A stretch of 64,000 nucleotides of DNA from an uncultured Acidimicrobiales bacterium (GCA_963751955.1 CAVVWM010000011.1:117888-181887), one strand, 5' to 3'; counted from the first letter of the stretch, positions 19,164 to 29,040 are shown. The notes: a model not told the origin generated them from the letters alone. Translations and numbers: made by a program.

Positions 19164-22100
19164 CTAACCAATGCAGTGTGCGCCGAACAACACCCTCAGA
19201 TCGGCGAACAGGCCGTTGGCGGCTTCGACGGTGTAGGCATCGCTCAGCCGGATCAAGCGGGGCGTGCCCATGTCGATCACGATCGGCGTGCGGCCGGGAT
19301 GATCGGAAATGCAGGCTTTGAGATCAGCTACAGCCGCATCGGACAATTGGTCGGGTCGGACCGTGATCGTTACGGGCTTCTCGCTGGCCAAGGCAGCGGC
19401 ATCGACCACCTCGACTTGGGAGACCATCAGCTTGGGGTCTTCGTCTCTGCGGCTCACTCGACCCCTTAGTATGACGATCCTGTCGTCTTCGAGCAGATGC
19501 CCGTAGTCGGTGAAGGTACGAGGAAAGACCATGGTCTCGATGCTGGAGGACAGGTCTTCCAGCACTAGCACCGCCATCAACTCGCCCTTCTTGGTCCATT
19601 TCTTCACCAGTCCCGACACGACGCCCCCCACAGCCACCTGGGTACCGTCGTCGAGATCGGTCATCTCGCCGATCGTTAGCGATGCTCGAGCTCTGAGCGC
19701 ATCCTCGACCCCCATAAGGGGGTGGTCGCTCACGTAGAGGCCCAACATCTCCTTTTCCAACTTCAGCCTGGCCGTCTTGTCGAAGTACTCCTCGGCGACA
19801 GTGGGACGGTCGTCGTATGCATCAGAGGCATCGTCGATAGCCCCAAACAATGTCTGCACGCCCATGTCTTGCTCCTTGCGGCGTTGCACGGTCTTGTTGA
19901 TGTACTCCTCGTGGACCATCAGGAGACCTTTGCGGGCGTGACCGAGCGAGTCGAACGCTCCTGCCTTGATCAAAGACTCGATGGCGCGTTTGTTGAGAAC
20001 AGTCAACTCAACCCGGTCGCAGAAATCCATGAACGAAGAGAAGGAGCCGTTGGTTTCGCGCTCCTCGATGATCTTCTCCACGATTCCTTCACCAACATTG
20101 CGGACTCCAGACAACCCGAAGGTTATGGCATTCAGCTTTCGGCCGTGGAGCTCGCTTCCGTCAGAATCGGGAATCGAACCAAAGTCGATGTCGGACCGAT
20201 TGATATCGGGCACCAGCACCTTGATGGCCATCTGACGGCAGTCGTTGAGGAACACTGCCGCTGTCTCCAACTTGTTCTTCACCGACGTGAGGAGGCTGGC
20301 GAGGTACTCGGTTGGGTAGTTGGCCTTCAGGTAGGCAGTCTGATATGCGACGAGTCCATATCCGTAGGAGTGGCTCTTGTTGAAGGCGTAGTCGGCGAAG
20401 CCTTCGATGACGTCGAACTTGGCCTTGCCGAAGTGTTCGCCGTAGCCGTTCTCAACACAGCCTTCAATGAACTTCTGGCGTTCCAGTGCCATGAGTTCGC
20501 GCTTCTTCTTACCTGCAGCCTTTCGAAGGTTGTCTGCTTCGGCCAGGGTGTAGCCGGCAAACCTCTGGCTGAAACGCATCATCTGTTCCTGATAGATCAT
20601 CAGGCCGTAGGTGTCGCCCAGAATCTCCTCTTCGTCGGAATGGTCGTAGCTGATCTCCTGCTTCTTGTTTTTTCGATCGGCGTAATCGGTGTGCATGTTT
20701 TTCGCCATAGGGCCCGGGCGGTAGAGAGCAACCAGCGCCGCTACATCCTCGAACTCGGTTGGTCCCATTCGGCGGATCAACGACCGCATCGGTGGAGACT
20801 CCAACTGAAATACACCGATCGTGTTGCCCTGCTGCAATAACTCATAGGTGAGTGGATCAGCGAGATCGACGTCGTCGATGTCGAGATCGACGTCGTGAAC
20901 GGACTTCACCAAGGAGATCGTGTCGGTGATCACGTCGAGGTTGCGGAGCCCCAGAAAGTCCATCTTCAGAAGGCCGAGATCCTCTACCCCGTGCATCTCA
21001 TACTGAGTTACAACCGGAGCCTCTTCGATGGGCTTGTCCTTTTCCGGCTTTCGTTGGATCGGCATGTAGTTGGTAAGCGGGTCCTTGGTGATGACCACCG
21101 CGGCAGCATGAATACCATCGGATCGGCGGAGTCCCTCCAGACCTTTCGCCACATCCACCACCGCTGCAACGTCAGCATCGGTTGCGACCATTTCTCGCAG
21201 TTCCTTGGCCATTCCGAAGCCGTCCTTGTACTTCTCGGACTCCTCGAAGCAGTATTTCAGCGGCGTATCGCGGCCCATGATCAGTGGCGGCATGGCTTTG
21301 GCCACTCGGTCGCCCATTGCGTAGGGATAACCGAGCACTCGGGCAGCATCGCGCACGGCTGCCCTGGCCTTGATCTGGGAGAACGTGACGATCTGGGCCA
21401 CCCGATCACGACCGTATCGTTCGGCACAATAACGAATCATCTCGTCCCGAAAACGCGTGTCAAAATCCATGTCGATGTCGGGCATCGAACTGCGGTCTGG
21501 GTTCAGGAACCGTTCGAACAGGAGGTCGTACTTGATCGGATCGAGATCGGTGATCCACAAGCAGTAGGCCACAGCGCAGCCTGCAGCCGAACCCCTGCCG
21601 GGTCCAACCCGAATGCCGTTGTTGCGAGCATGAGCGATCAGGTCCCAGGTGATCAAGAAGTACGACGAGAATCCCATGTTCTTGATGGTGTTGAGCTCAT
21701 AGGCGAGTCGTTCGACGGTCTCGTCGGTGAGATTGGCGCCCCACCGTTTCCGAGCCCCGTCCATCGTGAGATGTTCCAGATATTGATCCGCTCCGGCGAA
21801 ACCTTCCGGGATTGGGAAGTCAGGCAGCAAGACCTGGCCAAACTCGATCTCCACGTTGGCACGTTCGGCGATCCAAAGGGTGTTGTCGCATGCCTCGGGC
21901 AGCTCCCGCCACTCGTGCCGCATCTCTTCGGAGGTTTTGAGGTAGTGCTGGTCACCACTGAACCTGAAGCGGTCGGGGTCACTTAGCAGCGAACCGGTTT
22001 GCACGCACAACAGCGCGTCGTGGGACGTGTGGTCGTGCTGTTCGGTGTAGTGCGAATCGTTGGTCACGATTATCGGCGCCTTGAGCTTGCGAGCAATCTC

Positions 22101-22715
22101 GATCAATTGCGGATTCGTCGCCCGCTGCTCTGGGATGCCGTGATCCTGCAGCTCTATGAACATGTTGTCGCGGCCAAAGATCTCCTGCAGCCGTGCCGCC
22201 TTCTCCAGTGCGGCCTTTTCTTGGCCTTGCATTAGCGACTGGAGCACCTGGCCACCGAGGCACCCGGTCGTAACGATCACGCCTTCGCTGTGATCGCTGA
22301 GCACGTCCCAGTCGACACGCGGCTTGTAGTAATACCCTTCCATGAACGCTCGGGACGCCAGCTGGATCAAGTTTCGATAGCCGGTGTTGTTCTCAGCGAG
22401 GGCAGTGAGGTGGTAGTACAGCTTCTTACCGCCATCGGTACTTCCGCCCGAGTCATCCATCTTCCCCCGCCGACTGGGACGTTCGTGACGGGACTCCTCG
22501 GCTTGGTACAGCTCGCAACCGATGATCGGCTTGATGCCCTTTCCCCTGCACGCCTTGTAGAAGTCCAGAACTCCGTACATGTTTCCGTGGTCGGTGATAC
22601 CGAGCGCGGGCATTCCGTCTGCAGCAGCTTTGCTGACCAGCTCGTCTAAGCGAGCCGCTCCGTCGAGCATCGAATACTCGGTATGAACATGAAGATGGGT
22701 GAACGAAGATCCCAA
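19164..22715 (-). CDS. dnaE: DNA polymerase III alpha subunit (DnaE1)
   Basis: PHP motif HLHVHTEYSMLDG, TDHGN, GPGRGSAAG, catalytic PDIDMDF, GLLKMDFLGL, YAFNKSHS and C-terminal OB fold; 1183 aa with no intein. Confidence 0.98.
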   Translation of the reverse strand: MGSSFTHLHVHTEYSMLDGAARLDELVSKAAADGMPALGITDHGNMYGVLDFYKACRGKGIKPIIGCELYQAEESRHERPSRRGKMDDSGGSTDGGKKLYYHLTALAENNTGYRNLIQLASRAFMEGYYYKPRVDWDVLSDHSEGVIVTTGCLGGQVLQSLMQGQEKAALEKAARLQEIFGRDNMFIELQDHGIPEQRATNPQLIEIARKLKAPIIVTNDSHYTEQHDHTSHDALLCVQTGSLLSDPDRFRFSGDQHYLKTSEEMRHEWRELPEACDNTLWIAERANVEIEFGQVLLPDFPIPEGFAGADQYLEHLTMDGARKRWGANLTDETVERLAYELNTIKNMGFSSYFLITWDLIAHARNNGIRVGPGRGSAAGCAVAYCLWITDLDPIKYDLLFERFLNPDRSSMPDIDMDFDTRFRDEMIRYCAERYGRDRVAQIVTFSQIKARAAVRDAARVLGYPYAMGDRVAKAMPPLIMGRDTPLKYCFEESEKYKDGFGMAKELREMVATDADVAAVVDVAKGLEGLRRSDGIHAAAVVITKDPLTNYMPIQRKPEKDKPIEEAPVVTQYEMHGVEDLGLLKMDFLGLRNLDVITDTISLVKSVHDVDLDIDDVDLADPLTYELLQQGNTIGVFQLESPPMRSLIRRMGPTEFEDVAALVALYRPGPMAKNMHTDYADRKNKKQEISYDHSDEEEILGDTYGLMIYQEQMMRFSQRFAGYTLAEADNLRKAAGKKKRELMALERQKFIEGCVENGYGEHFGKAKFDVIEGFADYAFNKSHSYGYGLVAYQTAYLKANYPTEYLASLLTSVKNKLETAAVFLNDCRQMAIKVLVPDINRSDIDFGSIPDSDGSELHGRKLNAITFGLSGVRNVGEGIVEKIIEERETNGSFSSFMDFCDRVELTVLNKRAIESLIKAGAFDSLGHARKGLLMVHEEYINKTVQRRKEQDMGVQTLFGAIDDASDAYDDRPTVAEEYFDKTARLKLEKEMLGLYVSDHPLMGVEDALRARASLTIGEMTDLDDGTQVAVGGVVSGLVKKWTKKGELMAVLVLEDLSSSIETMVFPRTFTDYGHLLEDDRIVILRGRVSRRDEDPKLMVSQVEVVDAAALASEKPVTITVRPDQLSDAAVADLKACISDHPGRTPIVIDMGTPRLIRLSDAYTVEAANGLFADLRVLFGAHCIG

Positions 22716-22830
22716 GAAACGCCCCTTCCGCTCAGGTGAAGACTATCGAAATTACCACGATGTCGTTTGAACGACGCCGTTATGTTCCCCGTGACGTTTT
22801 CCCGGGTCGGCACTGTTCGTGACCTTCGAT

Positions 22831-22987
22831 CACTGCTGGCACTATGAGATCAGTGCTGGCACTGTGAGATCAGTGCTGGCACTGTGAGACCACCGCTGGC
22901 ACTGTGAGACCACCGCTGGCACTGTGAGACCACCGCTGGCACTGTGAGACCACCGCTGGCACTGTGAGACCACCGCTGGCACTGTGA
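22831..22987. repeat. Tandem array of a 20-bp unit, about 7.85 copies (consensus CACCGCTGGCACTGTGAGAC)
   Basis: Read directly: units start at 22831, 22851, 22871, 22891, 22911, 22931, 22951 and 22971 (partial). There are no spacers, and the variant copies are on the dnaE-proximal side. Confidence 0.97.
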
Positions 22988-23049
22988 ATGGTGCAACCAA
23001 TCATTTGCACTGCTGCAAGCTTCGCGGGGCCTGATCGTTCTCCAGCCGA

Positions 23050-23769
23050 TCACACCCCAGATTCGAGATAGGCGTAGCTGTGCCGGGAGGTGAATCCGAC
23101 GTTTTCATACAGGCGGCGCGCACTGTGATTGTCCGGGGCCACCTGCAACCAGAAATGGTGTGCCCGACCCAAGGTTGCTTCCTCAGCCAATCGACGGAGT
23201 ACCGCACTGGCAATTCCGGTCCGTCGGTGCAATCGATGGGTATGCATCATTCCGATCCCCGCGGCGTGCCCGTCAACAACAACCACACCCCCGCCAACGG
23301 TCAACCCGTCGATCTCGCAGGTCACCGCAAGAACAGAGCCCAACGCCCGCGTGCACTCCACGACACGACCGGGATCGCCGACAAGCTCGGCCAGGCCCGG
23401 CGGCACTGTAGGGGAAACCCTCCATTTCGCACCGGGGGTGTGGGCAACATCGATCTCATCTGCGGTCATCATCAATGCGCCTGGCCGAGCCACGTACCCT
23501 CGATCGATCAGGGCAGCGACAATGGGTTCATTGCCATCGAACACCTGAATCCTAGGCGGCAGCATCAGCTGTTCGTACCAGCGCTCCACCGAATCGAGGT
23601 CGGCACCGAAGTTGGAGTCGACGCACCCTTTGACCCAACAACTGTTGGCTCGTCCGGTAACTCCGAGATCGGCTCGCAGAATCCACTCGCCGATCTGTCG
23701 CCGTTGCTTTCCAGGGACCATTCGGTCCCCAAGACGTTCAAGATCATCAAGCGAGAGCATGGAAACCAC
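23050..23769 (-). CDS. GNAT family N-acetyltransferase
   Basis: GVTGRANS N-terminal motif; acetyl-CoA motif HRRTGIAS, WLQV...N..ARRLYE.VGF. Confidence 0.88.
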   Translation of the reverse strand: MVSMLSLDDLERLGDRMVPGKQRRQIGEWILRADLGVTGRANSCWVKGCVDSNFGADLDSVERWYEQLMLPPRIQVFDGNEPIVAALIDRGYVARPGALMMTADEIDVAHTPGAKWRVSPTVPPGLAELVGDPGRVVECTRALGSVLAVTCEIDGLTVGGGVVVVDGHAAGIGMMHTHRLHRRTGIASAVLRRLAEEATLGRAHHFWLQVAPDNHSARRLYENVGFTSRHSYAYLESGV

Positions 23770-23800
23770 AAACGACCCTGGCTCGGCCGGACCGTCGAAC

Positions 23801-24304
23801 CTAGAGGTAGGTGCCTGTGCGAGGCGGTTGAGTGCCTTCAGGAAGGGCTTGCTGTTGATGCATTTGCTCTAGTTGTTGTCGGGCGGCCATCTGCTGTGCA
23901 AAAAGCGTTGCCTGGATGCCGTGGAACAAACCTTCGAGCCATCCAACCAACTGAGCCTGCGCGATCCGAAGTTCGGAGTCCGAGGGCACCTCGTCCTCGC
24001 CAAAAGGCAGCGCCAAGGAGTTCAGCTCGTCGGTGAGGTCGGGTGAGAGAGCTTGGCTCAGTTCGCTGATGGACGTTTCGTAGATGGCTTTCAGCCGGCT
24101 TCGTCCGGCCTCGTCCATCGGGGTATTACGGACCTCTTCCAGCAGTTGCTTGATCATCGATCCAATCCGCATGACCTTGGCAGGCTCGGAAATCGCGTTG
24201 CGCGGCGCGGCGACCTCGTCTTCGCTTGGCTTGTGATCGACGACCTCGGGGGTCTCGTGCGCCGCGGGATCAGGTTCTGGATCGGTGGAGGTGCTGTCGC
24301 TCAT
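23801..24304 (-). CDS. bpa: Bacterial proteasome activator Bpa/PafE (DUF2587)
   Basis: PAKVMRIGSMIKQLLEEVR and ELRIAQAQLVGWLEGLFHGIQA.LFAQQ motifs; C-terminal GTYL (GxYL/HbYX proteasome-docking motif). Confidence 0.95.
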   Translation of the reverse strand: MSDSTSTDPEPDPAAHETPEVVDHKPSEDEVAAPRNAISEPAKVMRIGSMIKQLLEEVRNTPMDEAGRSRLKAIYETSISELSQALSPDLTDELNSLALPFGEDEVPSDSELRIAQAQLVGWLEGLFHGIQATLFAQQMAARQQLEQMHQQQALPEGTQPPRTGTYL

Positions 24305-24322
24305 ACGAATCGAGCGTATCCA

Positions 24323-25474
24323 TCAGGCTTCGGCGCTGAGAAGCGGCACGAGCATTTCAGCCGACGTCAACGAACCGTGCCGACCAATCAGTTCGAATGG
24401 GCCACTATCGGCCGGATCGAAAAACGAAACCGGTTCGAACGGACAAAGTGCGACGTCACCGAAACGGTCTTCGACGCCGCGACGCACAACGGGGCCGAAC
24501 CATCCATCACTGATCATCTCTTCACGGGTGTACACCCAGGCCTTGTCGCCATGGTGTTCGGTCGCGGCTGAAAAGAGATCATCGACCGCTCCCGGCGCGC
24601 AATGTAACCATCGGAAACGACCCTCGCCCGACAGTCCGGTCACCAGGCTGGCGACGTCTTCATTCAGATGAATGACGTTGTCGCCACAGTCCACCTGCCC
24701 GTGGTCAGCCGTGACGACGACCTCAGTTCCCGAAGGCACAGAGGCGATCACATCAGCCACAAGCCGGTCCACAAATTGCACTTCAGCATCGAAGACGGGA
24801 CCGAAACCGTACTCGTGGGAGACCTTGTCGACGCCGTCGTAGTACGCGTAGACGAAGTCTTCCCCCTTGCGCAACAAGCGGCCTATCTCGTGTACGAGGG
24901 TGGCTGTGGTCCGGTACCCAACCAGATGAGCGCCGCGTAGATGTGCAGCGCTGAAACCTGAATTCCGAAAGTCGGCCTTGTTGACCATTTGCACGTCGTA
25001 GCCCTGAAATGGTTCGTAGGGCTGCAGCACGTCGGGCGGCATTTGGCGTCGGGCATCTGGCGTTTCGACCGAGCCCCATCGCAGCGTGTTGAGGACCTCA
25101 CCGTCGACGACCATCCGATAGCCAACCACGCCGTGTTCCCCCGGAGTGAGGCTCGTCGTGAGCGACGTCAGCGCCGTGGCGGTCGTGGACGGCGCAACCG
25201 TCGTGAGCGGGCCACCAGCCATGGCGTGAAGGGTCGGCGTGAACGCCTCACGATCTTGGAGCTGCTCCCATCCCAGACCATCGAGCACCAGCAGGACCCG
25301 CTGCTGGGTCGATCCGATCTCGATGGGCAGACGACCTGTTCCGTGCCTTCCGGGGAGGAGATAGGGAACGACATCGGTGATGCAGCCAGACCCGAATGAG
25401 GGCATCGTTGGTTTTTGTGATGAAGACACTAACGGTGAAGGATACGCACCCACTGCCCCTAAGTGGTTCACCAT
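24323..25474 (-). CDS. Alkaline phosphatase superfamily (nucleotide pyrophosphatase/phosphodiesterase-like)
   Basis: LVLDGLG, PSTT nucleophile, DKVSH, TADHG and HGS metal motifs. Start is uncertain (25405-25480). Confidence 0.88.
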   Translation of the reverse strand: MVNHLGAVGAYPSPLVSSSQKPTMPSFGSGCITDVVPYLLPGRHGTGRLPIEIGSTQQRVLLVLDGLGWEQLQDREAFTPTLHAMAGGPLTTVAPSTTATALTSLTTSLTPGEHGVVGYRMVVDGEVLNTLRWGSVETPDARRQMPPDVLQPYEPFQGYDVQMVNKADFRNSGFSAAHLRGAHLVGYRTTATLVHEIGRLLRKGEDFVYAYYDGVDKVSHEYGFGPVFDAEVQFVDRLVADVIASVPSGTEVVVTADHGQVDCGDNVIHLNEDVASLVTGLSGEGRFRWLHCAPGAVDDLFSAATEHHGDKAWVYTREEMISDGWFGPVVRRGVEDRFGDVALCPFEPVSFFDPADSGPFELIGRHGSLTSAEMLVPLLSAEA

Positions 25475-25502
25475 GGCCACCCCGATTCGATACCGTCGAA
25501 TC

Positions 25503-25961
25503 GTGAGGGTTTCAACGCGAGGTGACTATGCGTGTCGTGCGCTGCTCTCGCTCACTCTGCACCCCTCACACGATGGGTCACCGGTCCCCACCCCAGTCAA
25601 GACCATTGCCGAACGGACCGGGCTCCCCCAGCCCTACCTCGAACAAATCCTGCTCGCCCTCAAGGGCGCAGGTCTAGTTCACTCAAAACGCGGTGTTGGT
25701 GGAGGCTACGTGCTCGCATGTGAACCTCAGTCGGTCACACTCGCCCGGATCGTCCGGGCCGTTGATGGTCCGATCACCCTGGGTGATTTTGGAGAACCAC
25801 ACGCCGAAGGCGCATGTGATCATGAGGGACAGTGCGTCCTTCTCGCAGTCTGGCGCCACGTAGGGAATCAGATGCGGCACGAACTGGAGGGTTATACCTT
25901 GGCTGACATTGCATTGGCAGCCAAAGGCGTGGTCGAGTGGCCTGGAGACGGCGGAGGCTAG
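25503..25961 (+). CDS. Rrf2 family transcriptional regulator
   Basis: VSTRGDYACRAL, PYLEQIL..LK.AGLV.SKRG.GGGY.LA and IVRAVDG motifs. GTG at 25503. Confidence 0.93.
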   Translation: MRVSTRGDYACRALLSLTLHPSHDGSPVPTPVKTIAERTGLPQPYLEQILLALKGAGLVHSKRGVGGGYVLACEPQSVTLARIVRAVDGPITLGDFGEPHAEGACDHEGQCVLLAVWRHVGNQMRHELEGYTLADIALAAKGVVEWPGDGGG

Positions 25962-26372
25962 GCCGAAACCAAGCCAGCAACCTCGACGAGCTGATGATCT
26001 GAACTGTTCGCTCGAAAGATCGGATCAAGTGACTGGGCGCCGTGGCCAAGGACCGACGACCTCCAGTACACCTCACCTTCTGGGTGCAAGAGACTTGTCG
26101 GAGCGGCAGTGATGGTGTGATTCTGGACCACGCGATCGGGAAACACCGCCAATTTCGTGTCGTCGTGCAACCACCAAGTCAAAGCTGATATGCCGACATT
26201 CAGAGGGCAACGGGATCAGCTCCTCGGGCATGACCGAACAGGCTTCCACCGCCTCAGCCGTTACGCCATCGCTGGCCCCGGACGCGCTGCAGACAACGGC
26301 CTGCCCCGCAGCTGCTCCCACGGGAACGCACATGGTGAGCCCCGCCACGGCCACGAGAACCACTCGTACCAT
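25958..26372 (-). CDS. Small putative secreted protein, probably frameshifted near 26206
   Basis: Signal-peptide-like MVRVVLVAVAGLTMCVPVGAAA from ATG 26372. Removing one base in the 26205-26207 run joins it to ORF 25958..26182, giving about 137 aa. Confidence 0.4.
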
Positions 26373-26474
26373 CACTCGCTTGATCACTGCGTTACTATAC
26401 GTTTGATTACGTTTACTTTCTAGTGGTTCGAAAGGCTCGGTTGCAGGGTGCCGGCGGCTGGTATTCTGGAATTG

Positions 26475-27491
26475 ATGAGTGGTGTGACTTTTCTCAGGCC
26501 CTTGGGGTACCCGCCACCGCCAAGCGTGAGGAAACCAACCACCGGGCTGGTTCTGGGAGTTGGCGGCCGAGCCGGCATCGCCCACCACGCCGGCGCTCTT
26601 CACGCACTCGCGGCGTCGGGCGCACTCGACATCGACGATCTCGACATCATCATCGGAACCTCAGCAGGGGCAATTGTGAGCGCTCAGTTGCGCTCTGGTG
26701 TGACTCCACAGAGACTCTATGAAATCGCCATGGACGACACCGACGAGGGTGCACGTCGCCGGGGTGACGACTTCTTCGCACCCGCATGGGACTCCGCCAT
26801 GACCCTCGCTCAGCGGGCCATGGGCTCCAGCTGGGTTCTGGGACGGTCCCTGCTCCGCTTCCCGCTACCAGTGCTCCCCCGCCAGCTACGTTCGGCCTTC
26901 CCCGGTGGGCTCATGCAACTGTCCGAGAACGCCAACCTCGATGATCATCTGCCGAGGGAGTGGCCCGAGAAACATCTATGGCTCGTGACTGTCGACATTC
27001 ACACCGGCCGCCGAGTCGTGCTACGCAGGGATGGGCCGGTGGGCGCAAACCTCCAGCAGGCTGCCCTCGCCTCGGCTGCGGTCCCGGGCATCTACCAACC
27101 GATTCGGGTCAACGGGCGCACCCTGGTCGACGGAGGAGTCCATTCGAACACCAATGTTGATCTCCTGTTGGGAAAGAACCTCGACCACGTCACGGTCATC
27201 GCCCCTCTCGGCCTTTCCGGACTGAACGCCGTCCCGCCACCGTTGGTTGCGGTCCGCCAATTCGTCCACACAAACCTCATGCGCACAGTCCAAACACTCC
27301 GAGCCGAAGGAACAACCGTCGCCGTGCTCGAACCCTCAGCCGATCTCGCCAGAATTCACGGTGTCAACACTCTCCGAATCGGGGCTTCAGCCGAGATCGC
27401 CGAGGCAGCCTACGCCGAAACAATCGACCGACTCAGCGATTTGGTCAGAGACACCGACAGACCCATCGTCCCGGCCGAACAGGCTTCCTGA
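26475..27491 (+). CDS. Patatin-like phospholipase
   Basis: Gly-rich LVLGVGG..G, nucleophile GTSAG, ASAAVPG and DGG motifs. Confidence 0.92.
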   Translation: MSGVTFLRPLGYPPPPSVRKPTTGLVLGVGGRAGIAHHAGALHALAASGALDIDDLDIIIGTSAGAIVSAQLRSGVTPQRLYEIAMDDTDEGARRRGDDFFAPAWDSAMTLAQRAMGSSWVLGRSLLRFPLPVLPRQLRSAFPGGLMQLSENANLDDHLPREWPEKHLWLVTVDIHTGRRVVLRRDGPVGANLQQAALASAAVPGIYQPIRVNGRTLVDGGVHSNTNVDLLLGKNLDHVTVIAPLGLSGLNAVPPPLVAVRQFVHTNLMRTVQTLRAEGTTVAVLEPSADLARIHGVNTLRIGASAEIAEAAYAETIDRLSDLVRDTDRPIVPAEQAS

Positions 27492-27503
27492 CCGAGGATC
27501 TGG

Positions 27504-28130
27504 GTGGAACTCGAACGGGCCATTCGAGCCCGACGGATGGTTCGAGCATTCGAGGATCGCCCGATCGCCGAAGAACGCATCACCAGACTCCTCGATTTGG
27601 CCCGACGAGCGCCCTCTGCTGGACACACCGCCGCAACCGAGTTCGTCGTTCTCACCGGACAAGCCCGGAGCACGTACTGGGACACAACGCTGCCCGGGCA
27701 AAGGCGTCCCGGTTTCACCTTTTCGTCGTTACCGAACGCTGCAGCACTCATTCTGGTGCTCACCCGGCCTGACTCCTACCCGGACAGATACTCCGAAAGT
27801 GACAAATCCCTCACGGGGCTAGGAGTTGGAACCGATGCTTGGCCAGTTCCCTTCTGGTGGGTCGACGCCGGAGCGGTGATCCAGAACCTGCTCCTCCTGG
27901 CCCAATCAGATGGATTGGGAGCTCTACTGTTCGGAGCCTTCGATCACGAGCCTGCGCTCCTATCAAAACTGGGGATCCCGATGGATCGTCGAATTGTTGG
28001 CGTCGTTGCATTGGGATACCCGGAGTCCGAATCAGCACCGGCGGGACGTTCAACCAACAGAAAGCGACCAAGAATCGACTCGATCATCCACCGACAGCAG
28101 TGGACCCGAGAAGAACAAGAGCGTCGCTGA
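27504..28130 (+). CDS. Nitroreductase family protein
   Basis: RRMVRAF, ARRAPSAG, DAG...QNLLL.A...GLG and VALGYP motifs. Confidence 0.92.
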   Translation: MELERAIRARRMVRAFEDRPIAEERITRLLDLARRAPSAGHTAATEFVVLTGQARSTYWDTTLPGQRRPGFTFSSLPNAAALILVLTRPDSYPDRYSESDKSLTGLGVGTDAWPVPFWWVDAGAVIQNLLLLAQSDGLGALLFGAFDHEPALLSKLGIPMDRRIVGVVALGYPESESAPAGRSTNRKRPRIDSIIHRQQWTREEQERR

Positions 28131-29040
28131 AATCGGCGGGCAGCTTGCTCGTGAACTCCATCCGCTCACCCGTCGGATGTTCGAATGCCAGATAACGAGC
28201 ATGCAACAGCGGCCGTTCGACCCCTTGGAGCAGCTCTGGAACCGGAACGCTTCCGTACCGATCATCGCCCACAAGTGGCAGCCCGATCGCATCGGCATGA
28301 ACGCGTATCTGGTGGGTTCGGCCGGTTTCGAGGATGAACCGCAGCAACGCAAACGGTCCACCAGCAACGTTGTCCACGAATCTCTCCACGACCTCATAGG
28401 AGGTCCGGGCCGGCTTTCCATCGGGTCGTGTGGTCTGACGCGTGGGATGGCGCAGAGATCTGCCGATCGGCGCATCGATCACGCCCTCGTGACTCTGTGG
28501 TTCGCCGTGGACCAGAGCCCAGTACTCTCGGCCGACGGTTCGATTCCGCAACTGGTCAGTGAGTGCGTCATAGGCTGCCTCGGATCTGGCGATCATCAAC
28601 AAGCCTGAGGTGCCTTTGTCGAGCCGATGGACAATTCCCGGTCGGCCCCGCTGGCCAACGCTTCTCATTTCTGGATAGCGGGCGAGAAGACCCTGAACGA
28701 GAGTTCCCATCGACACGCCGGCACCGGGGTGGACGACAAGACCAGAAGGCTTGTCGACGACGATCACGTCTGGATCCTCATACACAACATCGACATCGAC
28801 CGTGGGATCTGCAACCACGTCGACAGACTCGACCGTCGCTGGCATGCTGAGCCGCTGACCTCGGGTGACCTTCAACGAGGGCTTGGTAACGACCGAACCG
28901 TCAACCTCGACCCGGCCTTGGCTGAGCAGCTCGTTGGCCGAGGTCCGGCTCACCTCCAAGAGCAGTGAAATGATGCGGTCGATTCGCTGGCCGTGGATCG
29001 ATTCTCCAACCTCGAGTGAGAGTACGTCTGCCTCGCTCAT
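28084..29040 (-). CDS. rluD: RluA/RluD family 23S rRNA pseudouridine synthase
   Basis: S4 domain, YED..VIVVDKPSGLVVHP, catalytic HRLDKGTSG, and LETGRTHQIRVH. Confidence 0.93.
   Translation of the reverse strand: MSEADVLSLEVGESIHGQRIDRIISLLLEVSRTSANELLSQGRVEVDGSVVTKPSLKVTRGQRLSMPATVESVDVVADPTVDVDVVYEDPDVIVVDKPSGLVVHPGAGVSMGTLVQGLLARYPEMRSVGQRGRPGIVHRLDKGTSGLLMIARSEAAYDALTDQLRNRTVGREYWALVHGEPQSHEGVIDAPIGRSLRHPTRQTTRPDGKPARTSYEVVERFVDNVAGGPFALLRFILETGRTHQIRVHADAIGLPLVGDDRYGSVPVPELLQGVERPLLHARYLAFEHPTGERMEFTSKLPADFSDALVLLGSTAVGG

Noticed and set aside
18259-19167. 302-aa plus-strand ORF spanning the spacer below dnaE
   Set aside because: Mostly antisense to the SRPBCC gene, overlaps the flavoprotein end, and has no recognisable domain.
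19164-22715. Intein in or split form of dnaE
   Set aside because: The length (1183 aa) and motif spacing are normal, with no intein-like insertion.
22831-22987. CRISPR array
   Set aside because: Units are contiguous 20-mers with no unique spacers, and no cas genes are in the window.
28084-28130. 47-bp convergent overlap of nitroreductase and rluD
   Set aside because: Short tail-to-tail overlaps are common in compact high-GC genomes; there is no further signal.
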